Shown: positions 23,491 through 33,056 of the stretch, one piece after another | Layout: every line of letters begins with the position of its first letter | Numbering within the stretch: the first letter of the stretch is position 1 | Origin: Actinomycetales bacterium | GTDB taxonomy: Bacteria > Actinomycetota > Actinomycetes > Actinomycetales > CAVURS01 | Length of the DNA stretch: 64,000 bases | Assembly: GCA_045807245.1 (NCBI GenBank) | Contig: JBJMHS010000078.1 | Coordinates: 62,001 to 126,000 of the forward strand | Direction of reading: 5' to 3' | Program-made: the position numbers and the translations under genes | The notes under the pieces: model-generated | The model's database searches: none | What the model was told of the DNA's origin: nothing | What the model saw: only the letters and a program-made list of their open reading frames with translations

Positions 23491-24456
23491 ATGAGCGGTG
23501 TGAACGCGGCACGTCCGGAGGCCGCGCCCGGGCTCACGTCGCCGATCCGCCGGCGGATCATCGCCCTGGCCCGCCCGGCGGTGGCCCTGCTCGTCTTCGC
23601 TGCGATCGCGTACGCCATCGCCTCCGAGTGGAGCGGCGTCCGCGGTGCCCTGTCCACGCTCGACTGGCCGAGTGTGGTCCTGTCGTTCGTCGCGGCCTTC
23701 CTGGGCACGGTGACCGGGTTGCTGTCCTGGCGAGCGCTGCTGGCGGACGAGGGCTACCCGCTTCCAGTGCTCACCGCGAGCCGCATCTTCTTCGTCGGCC
23801 AGCTCGGGAAGTACCTGCCCGGCAGCGTCTTCTCGATCGTGCTGCAGATGGAGCTGGGCAAGCGCGCCGGCGTGCCGCGCGGGCGGGCGTTCACCACCTC
23901 CCTGGCCTGGGTGGGGCTGTCGCTGTCCACCGCACTGTGCGTGGGCCTGCTCGGGCTGCCGGTCATGGCTCAGACCGGCGACCAGAAGGTCTGGGCGCTG
24001 CTGGCCGTCCTGCCGATGGCCGTCGTCGCCTCCACGCCGCCGGTGCTGACCCGGCTGGTGAACCTCGTCCTGCGGGTCATGCGCAAGGGACCGCTGCCGA
24101 AGCCGCTCAGCTGGGGCGGCGTCGCCCGGGCCTGCAGCTGGCTCGCCGTGACCTGGGTCTGCTTCGGCCTGCACCTGTGGCTGCTCGCGAACGCCCTCGG
24201 CGCCCCGGGCTGGAGCGGCGTGATCCGCTGTGTGGGCGGCTTCGCACTGGCGCTCGCGGCGGGCGTGCTGTTCATCGTCGTACCGTCCGGTGCCGGCGTC
24301 CGTGAGGCCATCCTGGTCGCCGCCCTCGCACCCGTCATGAGCGCGGGCGAGGCCCTCGGCATCGCGGTGGTGTCCCGGGCCATCTTCATCGTCTGCGACG
24401 TCGCCACGGCGGCCGCGGCTGCGTTGTCCGGCGTCCGACAGCTCCGCTCTTCGTGA
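23491..24456 (+). CDS. Lysylphosphatidylglycerol-synthase-TM / flippase-like membrane protein
   Basis: GQLGKYLPGSV and VPSGAGVREA motifs, about 8 TM helices; start uncertain. Confidence 0.8.
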   Translation: MSGVNAARPEAAPGLTSPIRRRIIALARPAVALLVFAAIAYAIASEWSGVRGALSTLDWPSVVLSFVAAFLGTVTGLLSWRALLADEGYPLPVLTASRIFFVGQLGKYLPGSVFSIVLQMELGKRAGVPRGRAFTTSLAWVGLSLSTALCVGLLGLPVMAQTGDQKVWALLAVLPMAVVASTPPVLTRLVNLVLRVMRKGPLPKPLSWGGVARACSWLAVTWVCFGLHLWLLANALGAPGWSGVIRCVGGFALALAAGVLFIVVPSGAGVREAILVAALAPVMSAGEALGIAVVSRAIFIVCDVATAAAAALSGVRQLRSS

Positions 24457-26489
24457 CCCGGCTCGTCGTCGTCCTGGTCGCCGTCCTGCCCGGCGCATTG
24501 CTCGGGTTCGCGCTGCCGGCCGGCCGGTACCGCTGGCTGGCCTGGGCGTCGGCCCCCGTCCTCACGTTGGGCCTGTTGTCGTTCGGGATGGCGTGGCTCG
24601 GCGGGCTGGGCCTGCCGAACAGTCCGCTCGCAGTGCTCGTGGTCGAGTCGGCGCTCGCCGTCGTGCTGCCACTCGCCCTGCGGGCCGGTCCCTGGTGGCA
24701 GGCCCGGCAGGCGCCGACCGACGGTACGGCGGCCACCGCCCCACCCGGGACCGGTCGGCGGGTGCGGGCCTGGGTTCGGCGCCAGCTGCCCGGCGTACCG
24801 GACCTGGCCGGTGTCAGCGCGGCGGCGCTCGTCGTCCTGGCTTTCGGGCACGTGCTGATCGGGCGCTTCCGCTATCCCACTGCCTGGGACTCGATGAACC
24901 ACGCGATCCTGACCCGCAACATGCTGGAGCGGGGCGGCACAGCGGTCTCGGACGCGTGCCGCACCGGATGGCCGGACGGCAAGGTCTCGTGCACGTTCTA
25001 CCCGCTCGCCGCGGACATCTCCTGGGGGCAGGCCGTCCAGCTGACCGGCGGGCGGATCAGCACGGCGATGCTCACCTGGGCCGCGATCCTCGGTCCGCTG
25101 ATCCTCGTGCCGGCCCTGTACGCCGCGGTGCGCATGCTCGGCGGGCGACCCCTGGTGGCCACGTGCGCAGCCGCGCTGCCTGCGGTCGTGGGTCCCCTCT
25201 GGGCGCAGCAGGTGGATGGTCGGGTGACCGGCGCGATTCCGGGCCTTAGCATCACGGTCGCCCTGCTGACGGCCTTGGCGCTGCGCGGCCGCCATCCGGT
25301 GCGCCTGGGGCTCCTGGCCGGCATCGGCCTGGCCGGTCTGGTGATGGTGCACACGTACGACGCGCTGTTCGCGGGCACGGCGGCCCTGGCGTTGTTCGTG
25401 TTCCTCGGTGGGCGCGTGCGGGTGCGGCGGCTCCTGCTCGGCGCCGCGGCGGTCGCGGCGGGGGCCGTCGCCTGTCTGGCCCCGCTCGTCCCGGCTCTGC
25501 TGGGGGCCAACGGCGAGCGAGCCGCGGTCACGCCGAAGTTTCTGGGCCGGTTCCCTGCGGCGTTCCACTACTGGGTCACGGACCCTCAGCGGTACGCGCC
25601 GTTCAGCTACCCCGACGCCGGGGGACGCGTGGTCCCGACGACTGCGGTCGTGAGCGCGGGCATGGCCGTGGTCATGACCGCGTTGGTGCTGTCCTTCGCC
25701 TCCTTCGGTCTGGCCCAGCTGCGCTGGGTCCGGCCGTGGGTGCTGCTCGCGGTCCTGTGGACCGCCATCGGCATCTGGACGACGACCTCGCAGGACGCGG
25801 TCGCCCAGGCGCTCGCTCATCTCTGGTACGGCGGAGCACCACGGCTGAGGGACATGGTCTTTCCGTGCTTCACGCTCATGGTGGTTGCCGGCGCCTGTGT
25901 CGCCGGGCTCGCGGTCGAGCGGGCCTGGCGCCGGGTCCGGACGGGGTCCGGGCGGTGGGTCGCTTGGCTCCCGTCGACCGCTGCGACCGTGGTGGTCGTG
26001 CTGTTGCTCGCGCTCGGCACCGTTCCGAACGCGAGTGCCTCGCTGCGAACGAGCCTCGGGGTGCGGACGCCGAGGTCCTCGGCGTACCCGCGGGTGTTCG
26101 CGTGGCTGCACCGGCATACGGCCAAGAACGAGGTCGTCATCTACAACCGCAACTACGAGTGGATGCCATGGTCGTACGGCGACTACGGCACGAAAGGCCT
26201 GTTCGGCATCGGCCCGTTCGACCCGGTCAGCAAGGCCGACATCGCCAAGCGCTGGATGGTCTGGCAGTTCCTGATCAACAAACCGGACACCCCGCCCGAC
26301 GGGTGCGTGGTCCGCCAGTTCGACATCGAGTACCTGGTGACCGGCCCGCGGCACGTACCGTCGCCGGTCAGCCCCGAGTACCGGCACCCCAACGCGGGCC
26401 AGAGCCCCTACCTGCGGCTGGTGCACGTCGACGGCGGGCTCCGCGTGTACCGGATCACCGAGGCCGGTCGCGCCTGCGCCGGCGCCTAG
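24453..26489 (+). CDS. Large polytopic membrane protein, DUF6541-like / putative GT-C glycosyltransferase
   Basis: About 12-13 TM helices, extracytoplasmic loop WDSMNH..FYP and a soluble C-terminal domain; GTGA-coupled to the flippase-like gene. Confidence 0.65.
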   Translation: MTRLVVVLVAVLPGALLGFALPAGRYRWLAWASAPVLTLGLLSFGMAWLGGLGLPNSPLAVLVVESALAVVLPLALRAGPWWQARQAPTDGTAATAPPGTGRRVRAWVRRQLPGVPDLAGVSAAALVVLAFGHVLIGRFRYPTAWDSMNHAILTRNMLERGGTAVSDACRTGWPDGKVSCTFYPLAADISWGQAVQLTGGRISTAMLTWAAILGPLILVPALYAAVRMLGGRPLVATCAAALPAVVGPLWAQQVDGRVTGAIPGLSITVALLTALALRGRHPVRLGLLAGIGLAGLVMVHTYDALFAGTAALALFVFLGGRVRVRRLLLGAAAVAAGAVACLAPLVPALLGANGERAAVTPKFLGRFPAAFHYWVTDPQRYAPFSYPDAGGRVVPTTAVVSAGMAVVMTALVLSFASFGLAQLRWVRPWVLLAVLWTAIGIWTTTSQDAVAQALAHLWYGGAPRLRDMVFPCFTLMVVAGACVAGLAVERAWRRVRTGSGRWVAWLPSTAATVVVVLLLALGTVPNASASLRTSLGVRTPRSSAYPRVFAWLHRHTAKNEVVIYNRNYEWMPWSYGDYGTKGLFGIGPFDPVSKADIAKRWMVWQFLINKPDTPPDGCVVRQFDIEYLVTGPRHVPSPVSPEYRHPNAGQSPYLRLVHVDGGLRVYRITEAGRACAGA

Positions 26490-26507
26490 CGCGAGTCGGC
26501 GAAGCAG

Positions 26508-27197
26508 TCAGGCTCTCGCCCGATGCAGGGCGACGATCCCGCCGGACAGGTTGCGCCACTCGACCTGCTGCCAGCCGGCGGCCCCGACCCGGTCCGCGAG
26601 CGTGCGCTGGTCCGGCCAGGCCTGGATCGACTCGGCCAGGTACACGTAGGAGTCCGGGTTCGAGCTGACTTTGCGCGCGACCGCCGGCAGCGCGCGCATC
26701 AGGTACTCGACGTACAGCGTGCGGAACGGTCGCCAGACCGGGTGCGAGAACTCGCACACCACGAGCCGGCCACCGGGCTTGGTGACTCGGTGCAGCTCGC
26801 GCAGAGCGACGTCGACGTCGACGACGTTGCGCAGCCCGAACGACATCGTCACCGCATCAAAAGCCTTGTCCTGGAAGGGAAGTCGCATCGCATCGGCGGC
26901 CGTGAAGGGGAGGTCGGCGCGCCGGGCCTGCCCCGCGCGGAGCATGCCCAGGCTGAAGTCCGCTGCCACCACGCGGGCCCCGTTGTCGTGCAAAGGCTCA
27001 CTGCTCGTGCCGGTGCCGGCCGCCAGGTCGAGCACCGTCTGCCCGGCCCTCAGGTCGAGCGCTCGGACCACAACCCGCCGCCACAACCTGTCCTGACCCA
27101 GCGAGAGCACGTCGTTGGTGAGGTCATAGCGCTTCGCGACGGCGTCGAACATGGCAGCCACCTCGGCGGGCTGCTTGTCGAGGCTCGCGCGGTTCAC
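26508..27197 (-). CDS. menG: Demethylmenaquinone methyltransferase
   Basis: [35 protein letters not shown] and [10 protein letters not shown]; start GTG at 27197. Confidence 0.95.
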   Translation of the reverse strand: MNRASLDKQPAEVAAMFDAVAKRYDLTNDVLSLGQDRLWRRVVVRALDLRAGQTVLDLAAGTGTSSEPLHDNGARVVAADFSLGMLRAGQARRADLPFTAADAMRLPFQDKAFDAVTMSFGLRNVVDVDVALRELHRVTKPGGRLVVCEFSHPVWRPFRTLYVEYLMRALPAVARKVSSNPDSYVYLAESIQAWPDQRTLADRVGAAGWQQVEWRNLSGGIVALHRARA

Positions 27198-27289
27198 CGG
27201 GCCATCCTCCCAGGTGCGGCGGTGTGCTCCGGCGACGGCGATCGCGCCCCGCGTCGTGAGCACCCCTCCTGTCGACCTACGCTTGCGCG

Positions 27290-28576
27290 GTGACCACAGA
27301 GCCGCTGCCGCGCAGCGCCGCGGCGCCGCTCGTGGCGCGCACGGTCGAGATCCCCGACCCGGGTCCGCTCGTCGACCTCCTGCCGGGCGGTCCGGACGAC
27401 GTCTGCTGGGTCCGGCGTGGCGAGGGCCTGGTCGGCTGGGGCCGCGCCGCGCAGATCCGGGTCGAGGGTGCCGACCGGTTCGCCCGGGCGCAGGCGTGGT
27501 GGCGCGGGCTGATGGCCGGCGCGGTCGTCCGCGACGAGGTCGACCTGCCCGGCACCGGCCCGGTGGCGTTCGGCTCCTTCGCGTTCGACCAGACGTCCGC
27601 GCGGGGAGGCGCACTCGTCGTACCGGAGGTGGTCGTCGGGCGGCGCGGGCGTCGCTGGTGGGTCACCTCGGTCAGCCCGGGCGGCACCTCGGGCGCCGCC
27701 CTCCCGTCGCCCGCGGCCCTGGCGCCGGGCCGGCCACCGCAGTCACCGGTCGATGTGCGGTACGCCGACGGCGCGCTCTCGGCTGCGCAGTGGGAGAGCG
27801 CCGTCGCTGTCGCCGTGGGCCGGATCGCGGGCGGCGAGCTGGACAAGGTCGTGCTGGCTCGCGACCTCGAAGCCCGCGCCGCGGCACCGGTCGACCCGCG
27901 CTGGCTGCTGCAGGGCCTGGTGGCCCGGTATCCGGGCACCTGGGTCTACGGCGTCGACGGCCTCCTGGGTGCGACGCCGGAGCTGTACTGCCGGCTCGAG
28001 CGCGGTCTGGTCACCTCGCGCGTGCTGGCCGGGACGATCCGGCGGACGGGTGACGATGCCCATGACCTGGCGCTGGCCGGTTCGCTGGCCCGGTCCAGCA
28101 AGGACCTCGAGGAGCACGAGTACGCCGCAGCCTCCGTGGCCGAGTCCCTCGCCCCGCACTGCTCCTCGCTCAACCTGCCGGAGTCACCGTTCGTGCTGCA
28201 CCTGCCGAACGTGATGCATCTCGCCACGGACATCGCCGGAGTGGTGGCCGACGGGTCGTCCGCGCTCGAGCTCGCGGCGGCCCTGCATCCGTCGGCGGCG
28301 GTGTGCGGTACGCCGACCGACGTCGCTCGCCAGGTCATCCTGGACCTGGAGGACATGGACCGTGGCCGCTACGCCGGGCCGGTCGGGTGGATCGACGCGA
28401 CCGGCGACGGTGAGTGGGGAATCGCCCTGCGCTGCGCCGAGATCGACCCGACGGACGGGGCTCGGCTGAGGCTGTTCGCGGGCTGCGGCATCGTCGCCGG
28501 CTCGGAGCCGGAGGCGGAGCTGGCCGAGTGCGACGCCAAGCTGGTGCCGATGAGGGACGCTCTCGCGGCGACCTGA
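27290..28576 (+). CDS. menF: Isochorismate synthase
   Basis: [43 protein letters not shown] and AGCGIV. Confidence 0.93.
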   Translation: MTTEPLPRSAAAPLVARTVEIPDPGPLVDLLPGGPDDVCWVRRGEGLVGWGRAAQIRVEGADRFARAQAWWRGLMAGAVVRDEVDLPGTGPVAFGSFAFDQTSARGGALVVPEVVVGRRGRRWWVTSVSPGGTSGAALPSPAALAPGRPPQSPVDVRYADGALSAAQWESAVAVAVGRIAGGELDKVVLARDLEARAAAPVDPRWLLQGLVARYPGTWVYGVDGLLGATPELYCRLERGLVTSRVLAGTIRRTGDDAHDLALAGSLARSSKDLEEHEYAAASVAESLAPHCSSLNLPESPFVLHLPNVMHLATDIAGVVADGSSALELAAALHPSAAVCGTPTDVARQVILDLEDMDRGRYAGPVGWIDATGDGEWGIALRCAEIDPTDGARLRLFAGCGIVAGSEPEAELAECDAKLVPMRDALAAT

Positions 28577-28624
28577 CGCGGCTCACCTGGCGCCGGTTCG
28601 GCTGCGCGGCTAGCGTCACGAACC

Positions 28625-29725
28625 ATGGCCCTACGACGCTCGCCCCGCCTCGTCCTCCTGCCCGCCCTGCTTGCTCTGCTCGCTCTGTCGGCCACGGCCG
28701 TCGCGGTCGCTCCGGTCGCCGCTGCCGGCGGACCGTCGTACTCATGGCAACGGCTGGCGACCGGCACCGCAGAACGGTTCCGGGGTCTGGCCGCGGTCAA
28801 CGGCCGGATCGCCTGGCTGGCCGGGACGAACGCGACGATCCTGCGGACGACCGACGGGGGCGCGTCATGGCAGGACGTGAGCCCGCCCGCGCGTCAGGTG
28901 ACCGGGTCAGCCGGGCTGGTCCAGTTCCGCGACATCGAGGCCTGGGACGCGCAGAACGCGGTAGCCCTGGCGATCGGGGAGGGCACTGACTCGCGGGTCC
29001 TCGTCACGACCAACGGCGGGCGCAGCTGGCGGGTCTCGTTCACCAACCACGCGCCGAAGGCCTTCTACGACTGCATGGGGTTCTTCGACCGCAAGCACGG
29101 CCTGGCCGTGTCCGACCCGGTGCACGGCAAGTTCCGCCTCATCTCGACGTCCGACGGCGGAGCGAGCTGGACGGTGCTGCCGAACGCGGGCATGCCCCGG
29201 GCCCTGACCGGCGAGTTCGGCTTCGCCGCCAGCGGCACCTGCCTCATCACGTCGGGGTCGCAGGACGCCTGGATCGCGTCCGGTGGCGGGGCCGTCTCGC
29301 GGGTGTACCACTCCAGCGACCGCGGGCTGCACTGGAGGGTCACGTCGACACCGGTGGCGAGCGGGGCGTCGAGCGGCATCTTCTCCTTGGCGGTGCGGGC
29401 CGGGCATCGGCTCGTCGCCGTTGGCGGCGACTTCCTGGCGCCGGACCAGGCTGTCGACTCGGCCGCCTTCTCGCGGGACGCGGGTGCGAGCTGGCGCCTG
29501 TCGACCGTGATGCCCGGGGGCTACCGCTCCGGAGCGGCCTGGGTGGCCCACGCGCGGTCCACGGTGCTCGCCGTGGGGCCGACCGGCAGCGATGTCAGCC
29601 GGGACGGCGGGCGCACGTGGGCGGGGTTCGACAGCGGGTCCTACGACACGGTGCAGTGCACCCTGGCCGGCGCGTGCTGGGCCTCCGGTGATGCGGGTGC
29701 CGCGGCCAGGTTGGTGCGCGGCTAG
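28625..29725 (+). CDS. Secreted BNR/Asp-box repeat (YCF48-like) beta-propeller protein
   Basis: Signal peptide; repeated TxDGGxSW / SxDxGxxW Asp-boxes. Confidence 0.85.
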   Translation: MALRRSPRLVLLPALLALLALSATAVAVAPVAAAGGPSYSWQRLATGTAERFRGLAAVNGRIAWLAGTNATILRTTDGGASWQDVSPPARQVTGSAGLVQFRDIEAWDAQNAVALAIGEGTDSRVLVTTNGGRSWRVSFTNHAPKAFYDCMGFFDRKHGLAVSDPVHGKFRLISTSDGGASWTVLPNAGMPRALTGEFGFAASGTCLITSGSQDAWIASGGGAVSRVYHSSDRGLHWRVTSTPVASGASSGIFSLAVRAGHRLVAVGGDFLAPDQAVDSAAFSRDAGASWRLSTVMPGGYRSGAAWVAHARSTVLAVGPTGSDVSRDGGRTWAGFDSGSYDTVQCTLAGACWASGDAGAAARLVRG

Positions 29726-29749
29726 CTGTGCGATGCTCCCTCCCTCGCG

Positions 29750-29847
29750 CGGTGCTCCCCAGAACCCGGTGAACCTGCGCTGATTGGACCTTCATCACAG
29801 GGCTGTGGGGAGCACCGGTCGCGACGGACACCGTCCCCTTTCGCGAC
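29750..29847. repeat. Intergenic palindromic element (long stem plus a second hairpin) between convergent genes
   Basis: CGGTGCTCCCCA(29750-61) pairs with TGGGGAGCACCG(29806-17) and extends inward; GTCGCGA(29818-24) pairs with TCGCGAC(29841-47). Confidence 0.65.
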
Positions 29848-29892
29848 TATGCGCTCGGTCTCGCTTCTGGGCCCACGGCAATCAGGTGTGGC

Positions 29893-31647
29893 TCAGTGGC
29901 TCAGGGCTGCGGTCACGGCGTTACGGATGGCCTCGTGCAGCGGCCGCAGGTCGGCCCGGTCGACGGAGACCTCCAGCACGCTGAGGCCGCGGGGCTCGGT
30001 GGCCAGGCGTTCGCGCAGGCCGGCGGTCGACGCGACTGAGGCGTGCCGCACGCCGAGCCCGGCACAGACCTCGGCCAGCCGCACGGAGTGCGGGGTGCCG
30101 AACATGCGCTCGAAGCGAGCAGCCGACCTGGCGTCACGCTCCCCGTCCCTCCCCGGCTCGAGCAGCGAGAAGATCCCGCCGCCCGCGTCGTTCACGACGA
30201 CCACGGTCAGGTCGGGACGTCGCTCGTCCGGCCCCAGGACGAGAGCACCGAGGTCGTGCAGCAGGGCCACGTCCCCCACCAGCACCCTCGTCGTCGACGC
30301 CCGCCCGCGCCCCAGTGCGACGCCGACAGCGGTCGAGATCGTGCCGTCGATGCCCGACACGCCGCGGTTAGCCACCACGTACGGCGGGAGATCCCAGCCG
30401 GAGCCCGCCAGGTCAGCGTCGCGGACCGGGTTGGAGGCGGCGAGCACGAGGGCATCCGCCGGACCGGTCGCTGCCGCTACCTCCCGCGCCACCAGGGGCC
30501 CGGTCAGGACCGGCCAGCCGTCGAGCACCCGGTCCACCGCGACTGCCGCCAGCGAGCCGGCGCGACGCCAGGTCGACGACCACTCGGCCGCTCGGTCATC
30601 CGCGGCCGGCGGGATCTCCAGCGCCGCGTCCACAACAGCTGCGTCGATCACCATCACGTCGCTGCGGTCGGTCCGCGGGTCGTCGGGGTGCGCCAGAACC
30701 AGGTCCACCGTCACCTCCGGGCGGGCGAGGAGGCGGGTCACCGGCCGCGACAGGGTCGGCCGACCGAGCGCGATCACGTGTTCCACCTGACCGCCGAGCT
30801 CGGGATGTTCGAGCAGGATCCGGTACGCCGCAACAAGATTCGGCCCGCCACGCGCGCCCGACGTGGGCTCGGCCAGGAGCGGGAGACCGACGTGCGCGGC
30901 CAGCCGGCGAGCCTGCGCTCCCGCACCGTCGCCGGCCACGACGACCGTACGGCGGGTGCGGGCCCGCTCCAACATGCTCAGCGCCGCGGCCTCCACGGAC
31001 GCTGGCCCGGCAACGGCCCGGCCGGCCGGTGGTGCGGCTGCGACTGAGGACCACGACGCCTCGGAGGGACCCGACGTGTCCTCCGGTCTCCACGGTTCGG
31101 CGCCGTCGGGGACCAGAGGGTCCTCGAAACTGAGGTTGAGCAGGACCGGCCCGGGTCGACCGCCCGTCTCGCCAACGGCGGCGCCGAAGGCCACCACGGC
31201 CGCTGCCTCCCACGTCGCCGCATCGGCGTCCGACGAGAGGTCGGCCGCGCAACGCGTGGCCCGGCCGAACGCCTCGGGCTGCAGGTCGCTCGTCTGGTTG
31301 GCCCAGCTGCCACGCAGTCGCCGCGGCCGGTCGGCCGCCAGCACCAGCAGCGGCACGCCCGCGTGGTGGGCCTCGAGCACAGCCGGGTGCAGGTTCACGA
31401 CCGCCGTCCCGGACGTCGTGACGACGGCGGCCGGGCGTCCGGTCGACTTGCCGATTCCGAGGGCGGTGAAGCCCGCGACGCGTTCGTCGTGTCGGACGTG
31501 CAGGGTCGGGCGGCCGCCCCGGGCCGCGTCGTACAGCGCGTAGGCGAGCGGGGCGGAGCGAGACCCGGGGCAGACGACGACGTGTTCGAGGCCGAGCCGC
31601 ACCAGCGCCGCCACGAGCGCGCGGGCATGGTCGGTGGCAGGGTTCAC
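29893..31647 (-). CDS. menD: SEPHCHC synthase (ThDP-dependent)
   Basis: CPGSRSAPL, HDERVAGFTALG, TTSGTA, NRGVSGIDGT and GDVALLHD. Confidence 0.95.
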   Translation of the reverse strand: MNPATDHARALVAALVRLGLEHVVVCPGSRSAPLAYALYDAARGGRPTLHVRHDERVAGFTALGIGKSTGRPAAVVTTSGTAVVNLHPAVLEAHHAGVPLLVLAADRPRRLRGSWANQTSDLQPEAFGRATRCAADLSSDADAATWEAAAVVAFGAAVGETGGRPGPVLLNLSFEDPLVPDGAEPWRPEDTSGPSEASWSSVAAAPPAGRAVAGPASVEAAALSMLERARTRRTVVVAGDGAGAQARRLAAHVGLPLLAEPTSGARGGPNLVAAYRILLEHPELGGQVEHVIALGRPTLSRPVTRLLARPEVTVDLVLAHPDDPRTDRSDVMVIDAAVVDAALEIPPAADDRAAEWSSTWRRAGSLAAVAVDRVLDGWPVLTGPLVAREVAAATGPADALVLAASNPVRDADLAGSGWDLPPYVVANRGVSGIDGTISTAVGVALGRGRASTTRVLVGDVALLHDLGALVLGPDERRPDLTVVVVNDAGGGIFSLLEPGRDGERDARSAARFERMFGTPHSVRLAEVCAGLGVRHASVASTAGLRERLATEPRGLSVLEVSVDRADLRPLHEAIRNAVTAALSH

Positions 31648-31700
31648 GAACGCGATCCTGCCAGTGCCGACGCGGCCGCCCGCGGGCCTAGAGTGCGCGC

Positions 31701-32576
31701 ATGGACAGGCAGGGGGGCCAGAGCCAGGGCCCCGAGTACCGCAGCCTCATGGCGTCCTCGCCCCTGCCGTTCGCCCTGCTCGACGGCCGCGCGCGGCTGG
31801 CCGAGGCCAACCGGGCCTTCGCGGACTTGCTCGCGACGACGATCGCGCGCCTGCGCCCGATGGACCTGCGGCAGGTGACGCACCCCGCCGACCACGCCCT
31901 CGTCGAAGGCGTGATCGGAGCGCTGCTCGACGAGGGGCACCGCTCGTTCTCGGCGTACCTGCGCCTGGTCAGCCACGACGGGGAGACGATCCCCGTGCTG
32001 GCCCACCTGTCCGCTGTGAACGAGGGATCGGCGACCCACATCCTGGTCGCCGCCGTCGACGAGCGCGGTCAGCGGGACCGGCTCAACCGCCTGGCCTACG
32101 CCGCCACGCACGACCCGCTCACCGGCCTGCTGAACCGGGCGGGGCTGCTCGCTCAGCTGCACGGCCTGTTGCACGACGGCCGCCGCGCGAGCCTGGCGCT
32201 GCTGGACCTGGACCGGCTGAAACCGGTCAACGACCTCTACGGCCACGCTGTCGGCGACCACCTGCTGCGCCAGGTCGGCACCGCCCTCGAGGCCATGACC
32301 AGTCCCGACGGCCTGGCCGCCCGGCTGGCTGGGGACGAGTTCGTCGTCATCGCCGACACCGACGACGAGGTCGCGCTGGGCCGGTTCCTCGCCGACGAGC
32401 TCGAACACGTCGAGGTCGGCGTCGCTCCCGGCGTGTCCATCACGCCGACCGCTTCGATCGGCACCTCCCCGGTACGCATGGGGATGACGCCCAGCCAGGT
32501 GCTGTCCCTCGCCGACGACTCGATGTACGCCGTCAAGCGGCGCCGGCAGGAAGAGATGAGCACGCCCCTGTCGTAG
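31701..32576 (+). CDS. PAS-GGDEF diguanylate cyclase-like protein (AGDEF variant)
   Basis: PAS region (ANRAF..THPAD), HDPLTGLLNR, DLDRLKPVNDLYGHAVGD, RLAGDEF and ADDSMYAVK. Confidence 0.88.
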   Translation: MDRQGGQSQGPEYRSLMASSPLPFALLDGRARLAEANRAFADLLATTIARLRPMDLRQVTHPADHALVEGVIGALLDEGHRSFSAYLRLVSHDGETIPVLAHLSAVNEGSATHILVAAVDERGQRDRLNRLAYAATHDPLTGLLNRAGLLAQLHGLLHDGRRASLALLDLDRLKPVNDLYGHAVGDHLLRQVGTALEAMTSPDGLAARLAGDEFVVIADTDDEVALGRFLADELEHVEVGVAPGVSITPTASIGTSPVRMGMTPSQVLSLADDSMYAVKRRRQEEMSTPLS

Positions 32577-32588
32577 CACGGCCAGAGC

Positions 32589-33056
32589 TCATCCGATCCC
32601 GTTCTCCCGCAACAGTTCCAGCAGACCCTCGGGATAGACGACGTCGTCGGTGACGGCCAGGTCCTGGCCCCGCCACCACCGCAGCTCGAGCAGCGCCCGG
32701 CGCTCGATGTCGTTCCAGCCGGAGGTGTCGAGCCGCACGTCGCCGGTGCCCACGCGAACCAGGAAGAAGACCTCGTGCTGGCGCACGTGCACACCTTCGA
32801 AGTCGAACTCCACGGACCGGCGAAGCACCACCGGTCCCAGCTCGTCGAGGACGATGCCCGTCTCCTCGCGGACCTCACGGCGGGCCGCGTCCTCGGCCGA
32901 CTCGCCCTCGTCCTGGCCTCCGCCTGCCGTGATCCACCACGTCGGCCGGTCCGGGCGGGCCGGGTCACGCCCGTGGACCAGCAGGACCCGGTCCTGCTCG
33001 TCCACGAGGATCACCCGGGCCGCCTGGCGGACGAGCGGGCCGCCGCCCTCCGTCAC
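32589..33056 (-). CDS. Nudix hydrolase
   Basis: Nudix box GGGQDEGESAEDAARREVREETG; GTG at 33056 overlaps the menC stop. Confidence 0.88.
   Translation of the reverse strand: MTEGGGPLVRQAARVILVDEQDRVLLVHGRDPARPDRPTWWITAGGGQDEGESAEDAARREVREETGIVLDELGPVVLRRSVEFDFEGVHVRQHEVFFLVRVGTGDVRLDTSGWNDIERRALLELRWWRGQDLAVTDDVVYPEGLLELLRENGIG

Noticed and set aside
29780..29805. CTGTGATGA on the minus strand resembling a hammerhead core
   Set aside because: No exact CUGAUGA and no correctly placed GAAA or stems
29595..29831. 78-aa minus-strand ORF with an AAAGGGGA SD-like sequence inside the structured spacer
   Set aside because: Runs antisense into the BNR gene, shows no recognisable motif, and is better explained by the palindrome
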